Shown: piece by piece, positions 7,520 to 15,912 of the stretch
How positions within the stretch are numbered: the stretch's first letter is position 1
Layout of the letters: each line of letters opens with the position of its first letter
Program-made: the position numbers and the translations under genes
From: a virus
Lineage: Duplodnaviria; Caudoviricetes
Direction: 5' to 3' (one strand)
IMG/VR virus record: IMGVR_UViG_3300032219_002522
Coordinates: 51,840 to 115,839 of that record
DNA length: 64,000 nt
Notes under the pieces: generated by a model
What the model saw: the letters and a program-made list of their open reading frames with translations, nothing else
Database searches by the model: none
Told to the model about the DNA's origin: nothing

Positions 7520-7601
7520 GGGAGCGGTAGCAAAGTTGGTCAATGCACCGGACTGAAAATCCGGCCATGTGGGTTCGAAGGTTCGAGTCCTTCTACTTCC
7601 A
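7520..7601 (+). tRNA. tRNA-Phe(GAA), atypical (extended variable region)
   Basis: CCGGA-CT GAA AA-TCCGG; GAAGG-TTCGAGT-CCTTC; 12-nt variable region. Confidence 0.8.
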
Positions 7602-7606
7602 CAAAA

Positions 7607-7679
7607 GGTCCCGTAGTTCAATGGATTAGAATGGAACACTACGGATGTTCTGATCCTGGTTCGAATCCAGGCGGGGTCT
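7607..7679 (+). tRNA. tRNA-Arg(ACG)
   Basis: GAACA-CT ACG GA-TGTTC; CCTGG-TTCGAAT-CCAGG. Confidence 0.9.
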
Positions 7680-7690
7680 CAAACAAATAA

Positions 7691-7764
7691 GGTCGCGTGG
7701 CCGAGTGGTTAGGCGCTAGTCTGCAAAACTAGTAACACTGGTTCAATTCCAGTCACGACCTCCA
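7691..7764 (+). tRNA. tRNA-Cys(GCA)
   Basis: CTAGT-CT GCA AA-ACTAG; U73 discriminator and encoded CCA. Confidence 0.92.
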
Positions 7765-7785
7765 AAAAATAAAATAATAAAGCCT

Positions 7786-7917
7786 ATGGATGAAAAAGTG
7801 GTAGTAAAAGGAAGTTTCCCCTCTAGTAAAGAAAACTTAAAAAGAGAAACATTAAAATTTAAACACGCCGAAAGATTAATAAAAAGAATTAAAAGGCTAA
7901 TTAACAAAGGAAAGTAA
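7786..7917 (+). CDS. Small basic 43-aa ORF inside tRNA cluster 2 (MDEKVVVKGSFPSSKENLKRETLKFKHAERLIKRIKRLINKGK)
   Basis: ATG in an A-rich context; fills the whole spacer; stop overlaps the tRNA-Ser 5' end. Confidence 0.5.
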   Translation: MDEKVVVKGSFPSSKENLKRETLKFKHAERLIKRIKRLINKGK

Positions 7918-7994
7918 TCTCAGATGGTGACGGGGCTCGCCTGCTAAGCGAAGCGTACCTTAATTGGTATTTGGTTCGATTCCAATTCTTTCCG
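7909..7994 (+). tRNA. tRNA-Ser(GCT)
   Basis: GGAAAG/CTTTCC acceptor, TCGC-CT GCT AA-GCGA, long variable arm, G73. Confidence 0.82.
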
Positions 7995-8000
7995 CAATAT

Positions 8001-8074
8001 TGACATATAGCTCAGTTGGTTAGAGCGTTGATCTGATACGTCAAAGGCCGAAGGTTCGAATCCTTCTATGTCAC
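8001..8074 (+). tRNA. tRNA-Ile(GAT)
   Basis: TGACATA/TATGTCA acceptor, TTGAT-CT GAT AC-GTCAA. Confidence 0.9.
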
Positions 8075-8079
8075 CCCAC

Positions 8080-8152
8080 GCCTTTGTAGCTCAGCTGGTA
8101 GAGCGCTTCACTTGTAATGAAGTTGTCGCAGGTTCGATTCCTGTCAAAGGCT
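8080..8152 (+). tRNA. tRNA-Thr(TGT)
   Basis: GCCTTTG/CAAAGGC acceptor, CTTCA-CT TGT AA-TGAAG. Confidence 0.92.
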
Positions 8153-8157
8153 CATAT

Positions 8158-8230
8158 TTTCCCCTCGTCTAATTGGCGGGACATGTGGTTTTGGACCAGA
8201 AGAGTCCAGGTTCGAATCCTTGGAGGAAAA
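8158..8230 (+). tRNA. tRNA-Gln(TTG)
   Basis: TT TTG GA loop and GGTTCGAATCC; several stem mismatches. Confidence 0.75.
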
Positions 8231-8272
8231 CAAAAAGATAAATACAATGTCCAGTATGTAAAATTTAAGATT

Positions 8273-8764
8273 ATGAAAGTTCTAGTATTAAATAACGACT
8301 TTACGCCAGTGAGTGTTACCAATATAGCTCGGGGATTCAAACTTGTATATAAAGGTAAAGCCGAAGTATTAGAACATGACGAATCTAATCCTATTGTTAC
8401 AGATCAACAAGTTTATAAAAGACCATCAGTTATAAGGCTTTTAAAGTATGTTGTTCTTCCATTTAAGAAGCTAAAACCCACTAGGGAGAACATATTTAAG
8501 AGAGACGAATTAAAGTGCTTATATTGTGATGCTACAAAGCAGCTTACAATAGATCACGTAATCCCTAGATCTAGAGGAGGTATTAATACATGGGAGAATC
8601 TAGCAACTTGCTGTTCTAGATGCAACGGTAAGAAAGGAGATAGAACTCCAGAAGAAGCAGGAATGAAGATGCGTCACAAACCATTTAAACCTGGATATGG
8701 ATATTTTATCCGGAATTTTTCTAAAGGAATGGATGTTTGGACATCATATCTTCCAGAATATTAA
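8273..8764 (+). CDS. HNH endonuclease (McrA-like)
   Basis: VLVLN...CLYC...TIDHVIPRSRGG...WENLATCCSRCNGKKG; start moved to ATG 8273 because the track start (8117) lies inside tRNAs. Confidence 0.9.
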   Translation: MKVLVLNNDFTPVSVTNIARGFKLVYKGKAEVLEHDESNPIVTDQQVYKRPSVIRLLKYVVLPFKKLKPTRENIFKRDELKCLYCDATKQLTIDHVIPRSRGGINTWENLATCCSRCNGKKGDRTPEEAGMKMRHKPFKPGYGYFIRNFSKGMDVWTSYLPEY

Positions 8765-8767
8765 TAT

Positions 8768-10414
8768 CTATAGAAGAACTCTTTCAGCATATTCCATAAC
8801 TGCAGGATGTGTGTCTACTAAATGTTTAACAAGTGCAATAGTATTAGGATCCTCAGAATTTTGTGTTTGTTCTAGGAAAGATCCTAACATTTCCACTCCA
8901 TCTTTTGTTAGACCTAATATATTTATAACATCGTTTTTGTCGTATTTATTGTCGCTAAGTTCTTTAAATAGATCAATATCCTCTAAGCTGAAGAATCCTC
9001 CATTCTTCTCAGAGTTAAATGCCTTAACAATTTCATTATATGTTATGGAATTGTCTTTTTTAATTATAGATACTATAATGTTTTTAAAAGCGTCCATCTC
9101 TTCTTTGGAATATTCTCCCTCTTCTATAGATCTTTGAACTCCTAAACTTCCTAGAGCATGTATTAAAGCTATATTATTTTTACCTGTTTTTTGTTCTATC
9201 GATTGAATAATTTTTTTGATTATCAATTCACTTTCAAAATTTTTAGCTATAGATTCCTCTATTTCAGGAGAATAGATTCCGTATTTTTTCATGAAATCTA
9301 CATAATTTTGATTACCGCTTGAAACGCTACTGTTGCTTCTGTTAGCAGAACTAGTAATTCTTCCGCTAGGATCTATAGTAAGAGATGTTAGGAATTTATT
9401 ATCAGTCTTAGGAAGATCTAATAGATTTATAGATATTTGTAGTCTTCCAGTTGTATAGGTCCAGAATGTTGAATCAGTTCTTATACAATATGGTGCATTT
9501 GATACTTTACAAACCGCTCTCATACCTTCCGCTGATCTAGCAGATGTTACCACTATCTTTTTAGCAATATTATAGTATAGTATTTTTATTGATGGAGATA
9601 TAGACTTTAAAAGCTCTATAAATTCACCTATTCCTGATCCCCACCCAGATACTTTATCTTCGCAGTCCCTAACAAAATCTTTAAATGCCACGTAAGTATC
9701 TGCAAATTCAGGATAAGTCCTTGTGTCTTTATATTTACTTCCATAATTAATTAGCTGCTCCTCTGCGGTTTCCTCTATATTAGTTTCAGGATCTACAATA
9801 GGCTTTAATTTTTTTATGTCGGTTACTGCGTGATATAGTCTATCTAAAAGTTCAGCCCTTTCAGGATCAGTATTTTTTAGTTTAAGAGATTCTGCAAATT
9901 CTCTTCTTATTGGTCCTACGAAATTATCTATAAATTCCTTTATAGGCTTTTGTGCTTCTACATTCTCTAGATCATCCCATAGTTTTTCATAAGCTCTTTC
10001 ACCCTGTGGTGTTCTTTTTATATAATTATCAATGTTACCAAAAGGAAGAGGAAACGTAGAAAGCATCGGAGACATTTGCTCATATTTTCTATAAAGGTTC
10101 TCTACTGAAAAAGAATTAGGATCGTTATCTCCATTGGACATTGGTAATTTCTCTACTATACGAAAATACGTAAAAGGATACACCAAACCTGGTTTTTTAA
10201 CTTTATTTAAAAAGTAATCTCTTACTTCTATGTAATCTGGATTGCTTAATATTTTTTTCTCTTCCTCTGGAGTAAATTCTATCTTCTCCATAGGATCTAA
10301 TTTAAGCCTCCTTTTTTTATCGTCTGCTGCTAATTTTAATAAAAGAGCCTTAGCGGGAGCCACATTTTCATTGATTGGATAAAATTGGTCGAATGATTTT
10401 AAATTTCTATTCAT
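8768..10414 (-). CDS. Hypothetical protein, paralogue A (putative virion-internal)
   Basis: 548 aa; shares FTPEEEKKILSNPDY, VKKPGLVYPFTYF and CKVSNA blocks with 10427..12094. Confidence 0.85.
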   Translation of the reverse strand: MNRNLKSFDQFYPINENVAPAKALLLKLAADDKKRRLKLDPMEKIEFTPEEEKKILSNPDYIEVRDYFLNKVKKPGLVYPFTYFRIVEKLPMSNGDNDPNSFSVENLYRKYEQMSPMLSTFPLPFGNIDNYIKRTPQGERAYEKLWDDLENVEAQKPIKEFIDNFVGPIRREFAESLKLKNTDPERAELLDRLYHAVTDIKKLKPIVDPETNIEETAEEQLINYGSKYKDTRTYPEFADTYVAFKDFVRDCEDKVSGWGSGIGEFIELLKSISPSIKILYYNIAKKIVVTSARSAEGMRAVCKVSNAPYCIRTDSTFWTYTTGRLQISINLLDLPKTDNKFLTSLTIDPSGRITSSANRSNSSVSSGNQNYVDFMKKYGIYSPEIEESIAKNFESELIIKKIIQSIEQKTGKNNIALIHALGSLGVQRSIEEGEYSKEEMDAFKNIIVSIIKKDNSITYNEIVKAFNSEKNGGFFSLEDIDLFKELSDNKYDKNDVINILGLTKDGVEMLGSFLEQTQNSEDPNTIALVKHLVDTHPAVMEYAERVLL

Positions 10415-10426
10415 GGTTTTTTTTAT

Positions 10427-12094
10427 TTATAATAGGATTCTTTCAGCATATTCAATCACCTCAGGACCTGAATCTATTAGATGTTTAACTAGAGTAATTG
10501 TATTAGAATCTTCTGTAGATCCAACTTGATTTAGAAAATCTGTAAGATCATCTATTCCGAGTTTTGTAAGATTTATTATATCTAAAGCATCCTCTTTTTT
10601 ATAATTTCCCTCAGTTATAATTTTAAAAAGATCTATATCTGACTTAGACATAAATAATCCCCCTGGAGATTTGAAATCTGATATTATAGAATCATAGCTT
10701 ATTTTATTATCTTTTTTAAGAATAGCTACTATAAGATCTCTGTACTGAAGCATTTCTTCTCTGGTATAATCACCTTTTTCTATAGACTTTTGTACTTCTA
10801 AACTTCCTAATAATAGAACAAGTGACTTCGAATCCGAAGAACTAGCTTTTTGCTCTAAGGTCTGTATCAAATTTTTAATAGTTAATTCAGATCTAAAGCT
10901 TCTTTCTATAGATTGTATTACTCCTGCATGATCTATTTCAGGTAAATATCTACTTATAAAATCCTTATAGTTTTCATTAGGTTTAGAAGGTTGAGGAGCT
11001 CCCATATTAACCCTAGTTCTAGCTTCTTTTATTGTTCCATCTTTTCTTACTGTAAATGTAGTCAGATATTTAAGATCCAATTTTGTAAGATCCATCATAT
11101 TGATAGATATCTGTAGGCATCCTCCAGTTATACTAAAGAAATTTCCTTTGCTTGCTATACATAAATCAGCATTAGATACCTTACAAACCTCTTTTATGCC
11201 TTCAAATGATCTGGAAGAAGTTACAACAACCTTCGTTGCGTTATCACTATATAATAATTTTATAGACGGAGCTATATTTTCAATCTCTATAAGAAATTCC
11301 TCTATTCCAGATTCCCATCCCTCTAGCTTTTCTACACAATCGTTAACAAACAACACAAATCTTTGTCTTGGATTTTCAAATTTATAATTATTATAAAGAT
11401 CTAAATATTTTTTAGAACCAGCTATTAATGTGGATTCTGGCGTATGAGATTTACCTGCTGAATCTATTTTTGGTGATAGATTTTTAAAAGCAGTATAAGA
11501 GGAATATAATTTGTCAAGTAATTCTTTACTTTCGGGATCCTTATCTCTTAGCTGTACAGATTTTTTAAATTCGTCCCTAACATCTTTGGATTGTATTTTA
11601 TCAACAAATCCTTTTAATCCCTTCATAGAAATGATATTTTCTAAATCGCTAAAAAGGACCTCATAAGCAGGAATAGTTGATTTTTTTAATTCTTTATCCT
11701 TAATATAATTGTCTATATTTCCTAGAGGTAAAGGAAATATTGGAAAGTTAGGGGCTGCTTGTAAATATAGATTTATTAGATTTTCAACACAGAACTCTCT
11801 TTCGTCATAATTGCCCTCCGAATCCTTCTGACTATATCTTGGGAGCTTCTCAACAAACATAAAATAAGTAAAGGGATATACTAATCCTGGCTTCTTTACT
11901 ACGTTTAATAAATAGTCTCGAAGCTCTGTATAATCAGGATTGCTTAATATTTTTTTCTCCTCTTCTGGTGTAAATTTTACATTCCCTTCTGGAGAGGACC
12001 TTCTACTCTTTTTTGATGCTAGTTTTAATAACAATTCCTTTGCTGCAGTAACGTTCTCATTGATATTAGAATATCCTTCAAATGTCTTTATCAT
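10427..12094 (-). CDS. Hypothetical protein, paralogue B
   Basis: 555 aa; tandem paralogue of 8768..10414. Confidence 0.85.
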   Translation of the reverse strand: MIKTFEGYSNINENVTAAKELLLKLASKKSRRSSPEGNVKFTPEEEKKILSNPDYTELRDYLLNVVKKPGLVYPFTYFMFVEKLPRYSQKDSEGNYDEREFCVENLINLYLQAAPNFPIFPLPLGNIDNYIKDKELKKSTIPAYEVLFSDLENIISMKGLKGFVDKIQSKDVRDEFKKSVQLRDKDPESKELLDKLYSSYTAFKNLSPKIDSAGKSHTPESTLIAGSKKYLDLYNNYKFENPRQRFVLFVNDCVEKLEGWESGIEEFLIEIENIAPSIKLLYSDNATKVVVTSSRSFEGIKEVCKVSNADLCIASKGNFFSITGGCLQISINMMDLTKLDLKYLTTFTVRKDGTIKEARTRVNMGAPQPSKPNENYKDFISRYLPEIDHAGVIQSIERSFRSELTIKNLIQTLEQKASSSDSKSLVLLLGSLEVQKSIEKGDYTREEMLQYRDLIVAILKKDNKISYDSIISDFKSPGGLFMSKSDIDLFKIITEGNYKKEDALDIINLTKLGIDDLTDFLNQVGSTEDSNTITLVKHLIDSGPEVIEYAERILL

Positions 12095-12110
12095 TTTTTT
12101 TATTTAATAA

Positions 12111-12120
12111 GATATATATC
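12111..12120. promoter_or_regulatory. Palindromic GATATATATC, possible bidirectional late promoter
   Basis: Lies between divergent genes 12094(-) and 12140(+); gives GATATATA on both strands. Confidence 0.55.
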
Positions 12121-12139
12121 TAAAATAATTTACATAAAG

Positions 12140-12442
12140 ATGGGTAGAAATATAATAACTAAGTTATATGAGTTTGTTATGACTCAGCCTTTAACTAAAC
12201 CTAGGCCAACAACAGTTCCTACAACTCCTACTAGACCTGTAACTCCTCCTGCACCGGCAAGGCCAGGAAGACCAGTTCCAGACAGAGAGCCTAGACCAGA
12301 GGAGACTGAAAGACCGATAGCTAAGGCTTTTGGACAGGCTATGGGAAATATAAAAAGCTCCCTAGCTCAAGAAAGAGGTACTAAACTAGCAATGGGCATT
12401 ATAAGTAGGCTAAGAAAGCTTAAAAATTTACCGATGGCATAA
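12140..12442 (+). CDS. Pro/Thr-rich small hypothetical protein
   Basis: ORF track; TAATG coupling to the next gene. Confidence 0.7.
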   Translation: MGRNIITKLYEFVMTQPLTKPRPTTVPTTPTRPVTPPAPARPGRPVPDREPRPEETERPIAKAFGQAMGNIKSSLAQERGTKLAMGIISRLRKLKNLPMA

Positions 12443-13890
12443 TGAAAAATATATCAAAATTCGACCATTTCATATCTGAGGCTACTCTTAGAGGAAATAC
12501 AGGATTTCCTGGAGAAACCCCTTCTAATGATAAAAACCAGGACATATACAATACTAGCGGAGGTGAGGGAAACTTTATAGATGCAATACTTACAGCTAAC
12601 CAAGAGGAAGCTCAAAGAATGATGAGAGAAATTCCTCAAGACATTAGTAATCTAATGGGTAATGCTATAGAAGCTCAAGAAATGCAGAGAGGTCACGAGC
12701 AAGAACTTTCAGATTTGGCTGTTGAAGTTATAAGACAAGTATACGGTACTTTTTTAGATGATGTAATATTGGATCTTAAAATAGTTACTAGACCAGATCA
12801 ATCTCTAAGAGATAAAATGGAGAAATGTAAAAATTGTCAACTTCCTAACTTTGTAGAATTAGAGGATCAAGAAATCATAGATGAAATAAACAGAAGAAAA
12901 ATAATAAGAACCGTACAACAAGGAAAGGGATTAAATGTAAAGGAGATCATAAACTTGCCAATGGTTTCTAAAAGATTAAAACAAATATTAGGAGAAAATG
13001 AAGGTGAGGAATACAGAAGACTCGCAAATAAAATAGCAGCAGGAGCTCACTTTTATGACTTAACTCTAACACCAGCTCAGAAATCCTCAATGTTTAGAGA
13101 TGCACCTCCGGGAGCATGCGACATAGATATCGAAAAACCTAAGACTAAAGACGAACAAGAGGAGGAAAAAGAAATAAATCCAGAGGATCTACTAGACGAT
13201 ATACAGAAAGATGGCGAGATAAATCCGGATATGGCCCAAGCTTTAGAGGGAACTCAGTCAACAGTTATCGCTAGAGCATTGGATTTTGGTTTATTAATCC
13301 ATGAATCAGTTAAGGGAGTTTATAAGTTAATAACACAAACTCTTCTTATGCAGGTAGGAGATACATTAGGTTTAGAGGCTGCAGACATAGTTAAAGCTAA
13401 CACTGAAACTATGATGGACGAAATTGAAGAACAAGCTATCGGAAAGACTCTACAAAGAGTAATCGGAATTGTTATAAATAGTAACTCTAGAGCAGAAGCT
13501 ATACTAAAAGATCTTAATAATAACGAGGATTACGAAGGAGCTGCTGCTTTTATAGAACAGCTACATTGGTTGTTTTATGGAAAGTTAGCTAAAATTACTC
13601 CAGCTAAAAAATGCTTAGAGATAACAAATTCTATACTCGCTCAAGCTTTTGATCCTACAGGAAACAGATTAAAGCCTATTTCAGAGATAGGTAAAAATAT
13701 GGATAGAAGAGAGGTTGATGTTATTATTAATCAATGTCTAGACGATATGGATGCTGAAAGAGAATATCAAGACTGGAAGACTAAGTACGGGGGTTCACAA
13801 GAGGGATCTTCAGATACAGATCAAGGGGGATCAAAGGGTCCTTCAGGATTCGGCGGATTCAATGGATTCGATGGATTTGGATTGAATTAA
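12442..13890 (+). CDS. Hypothetical protein (LIHES motif, Gly/Phe-rich tail)
   Basis: 482-aa ORF with MKNISKFDHFISEA N-terminus. Confidence 0.8.
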   Translation: MKNISKFDHFISEATLRGNTGFPGETPSNDKNQDIYNTSGGEGNFIDAILTANQEEAQRMMREIPQDISNLMGNAIEAQEMQRGHEQELSDLAVEVIRQVYGTFLDDVILDLKIVTRPDQSLRDKMEKCKNCQLPNFVELEDQEIIDEINRRKIIRTVQQGKGLNVKEIINLPMVSKRLKQILGENEGEEYRRLANKIAAGAHFYDLTLTPAQKSSMFRDAPPGACDIDIEKPKTKDEQEEEKEINPEDLLDDIQKDGEINPDMAQALEGTQSTVIARALDFGLLIHESVKGVYKLITQTLLMQVGDTLGLEAADIVKANTETMMDEIEEQAIGKTLQRVIGIVINSNSRAEAILKDLNNNEDYEGAAAFIEQLHWLFYGKLAKITPAKKCLEITNSILAQAFDPTGNRLKPISEIGKNMDRREVDVIINQCLDDMDAEREYQDWKTKYGGSQEGSSDTDQGGSKGPSGFGGFNGFDGFGLN

Positions 13891-13908
13891 TAAAAAATGA
13901 ATATTTAT

Positions 13909-13935
13909 AAAGTCCGGTTTAATCCGGACTTTTTT
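13909..13935 (+). terminator. Intrinsic terminator
   Basis: AAAGTCCGG-TTTAAT-CCGGACTTTTTT. Confidence 0.85.
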
Positions 13936-13984
13936 GTTTTATTAGGAAATTTTTGTGGTATTCTATTCTATAAAAAATAAAAAC

Positions 13985-15049
13985 ATGCTATTTGATTTTG
14001 ATGATATACTAATAGAGCCTGAAATTCACACAAGCATACGCTCTAGAAAGAACGTGGATGTGTTTGACGAAAAGCAGATGCTTCCTCTCTTTACTGCTCC
14101 AATGGATACCGTTGTTAGCATGGATAATTACCAGGTTTTTAATTCCAATAAGATATACAGCATCATACCAAGAAAAACTGAATATGAATTAAACGATTTT
14201 TCTATAGATCATAAGGTATGGTTTTCCTACGGTTTAGATGATTTTAAAAAAATATTTATTGATAACCAAGCTAATATTGTCCTGGGAGATAAAGCTTACG
14301 CTCTAATCGATATAGCAAATGGCCATATGAGTATAGTGAAAGAACTCGTTCAAAAATCTAAAGAGATATACGGAAGAAGTCTAGTTATAATGGTTGGTAA
14401 CTGTGCTAATCCTTTAACTTATCTTTCACTAGCACAAGCTGGTGCTGACTATGTTAGGATGGGAATTGGAAATGGAGCTGGGTGTTTAACAACGGTACAA
14501 ACTGGTATAGGATATCCTATGGCTTCTTTGATACACGAAACCGCAACAATACAGAAGGAGAGAAATCTTTCCACAAGGATAGTTGCTGACGGAGGATTTA
14601 AAAAATACTCTGATGTTATTAAAGCATTAGCTCTTGGAGCAGATTATGTAATGCTAGGAAGTATCTTCAATAAAGCTTTAGAAAGTTGTGGTGAAACATA
14701 CGAGGAAAATATAAATCACGGAACTTGGAAAGAACCTGGTGCTAGAGTCGATCAATATTCAATAGATATTCTTTTACAATTTGAAGCAGGAAGAAAATTC
14801 TATAAGAAATTTAGGGGAATGTCTACTAAAGAAGTTCAGAAGAGTTTAGGTAAGACCAATCTTAAAACATCGGAAGGAATATCTAAGATGCAACCTGTTG
14901 AATATACTCTTACTGGATGGATCGATAACTTTACAGATTATTTAAAATCCGCTATGAGTTATACTGACTGTTTATCAATCGGTGAATTTATTGGCAAAGT
15001 ACGGTTCAATAAAATTTCAAAAAATTCTTTTGATAGGTTTCATAAATAA
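13985..15049 (+). CDS. IMP dehydrogenase / GMP reductase family protein
   Basis: FDDILIEP, APMDTV, DIANGH, GIGNGAGCLT (catalytic Cys), ADGG, GADYVMLGS, FRGMST, TSEG; ATG 13985 preferred over GTG 13955. Confidence 0.9.
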   Translation: MLFDFDDILIEPEIHTSIRSRKNVDVFDEKQMLPLFTAPMDTVVSMDNYQVFNSNKIYSIIPRKTEYELNDFSIDHKVWFSYGLDDFKKIFIDNQANIVLGDKAYALIDIANGHMSIVKELVQKSKEIYGRSLVIMVGNCANPLTYLSLAQAGADYVRMGIGNGAGCLTTVQTGIGYPMASLIHETATIQKERNLSTRIVADGGFKKYSDVIKALALGADYVMLGSIFNKALESCGETYEENINHGTWKEPGARVDQYSIDILLQFEAGRKFYKKFRGMSTKEVQKSLGKTNLKTSEGISKMQPVEYTLTGWIDNFTDYLKSAMSYTDCLSIGEFIGKVRFNKISKNSFDRFHK

Positions 15050-15093
15050 GAAACCTTTAAAAAAACTATCATATAATAAAGAAAATAGCACAA

Positions 15094-15900
15094 ATGAAAA
15101 AATTTGGAAGGTTTAATGATGTGATCAAATGGACAGCTGAACAGATGTACGATTACTCATATATTGTTCATACTGAGAAATGGCAAGGAAAGGAGATCAA
15201 ACATGATCCTAGATATGCTATGATTGAAACATTAAATCTTTCCTTCTCATGTCAGATGTCTCCAGACATTAAAGTTATTGGAGAACAAATCAAACCTAAT
15301 TTTGCATGGGCAGACGAGCACTTTGATGAAAGGGTTAGTGGAACACCCCTTAATCCCCCTCCTTCTCACGTTCGTTGGCCTTATGCTCAAAAAAATAATT
15401 CAGAATTTGGAGGCGAAGAAAAATTCTCTCATACCTATCCTGAAAGGGTTTGGCCTAAATATGGTGAATTGGAGAACACTTTAAGATCTGATAAGCAGGC
15501 TGAAAAGATCAAGGGTATCAGATATGATTATGGAGATTTTAATGATGTTGTTGATTTGATGGTTAGAGAGCCTTTTACTAGACAAGCATTCCTACCCATT
15601 TGGTTCCCAGAAGATACTGGATCAGTTCACGGGGAAAGAGTACCTTGCACTATAGGATACCACTTTATTAGAAGAGCAGATTGGGTACATGTTGTTTATT
15701 ATATTAGATCTTGTGATTTCTTCAGACACTTTAGAGATGATATCTATTTATGTGCTAAGAAGGTATTTTGGCTTATAGAAGAGTGTAAGAAGAAAGACCC
15801 GGAAAATTGGAAAGACGTAAAACCAGGTATGCTTACTATGCACATTACTTCTTTGCATGCTTGGGCCTCAGAAAAGCCTATGCTTAAGAATTTGTTTTAG
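15094..15900 (+). CDS. Thymidylate-synthase-fold enzyme, probably dCMP-specific (hydroxy)methylase type
   Basis: TRQA, VPCTIGYHF, RSCDFFRHFRDD, SLH; Asp at the ThyA Asn177 position. Confidence 0.8.
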   Translation: MKKFGRFNDVIKWTAEQMYDYSYIVHTEKWQGKEIKHDPRYAMIETLNLSFSCQMSPDIKVIGEQIKPNFAWADEHFDERVSGTPLNPPPSHVRWPYAQKNNSEFGGEEKFSHTYPERVWPKYGELENTLRSDKQAEKIKGIRYDYGDFNDVVDLMVREPFTRQAFLPIWFPEDTGSVHGERVPCTIGYHFIRRADWVHVVYYIRSCDFFRHFRDDIYLCAKKVFWLIEECKKKDPENWKDVKPGMLTMHITSLHAWASEKPMLKNLF

Positions 15901-15912
15901 GATATATATTAG

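Noticed and set aside
7433-7690. Track ORFs 7472..7690(+) and 7433..7639(-)
   Set aside because: They overlap the terminator and tRNA-Phe/Arg genes; spurious translations of RNA genes.
8117-8272. N-terminal extension of the HNH ORF
   Set aside because: It runs through tRNA-Thr and tRNA-Gln; the family-typical start is ATG 8273.
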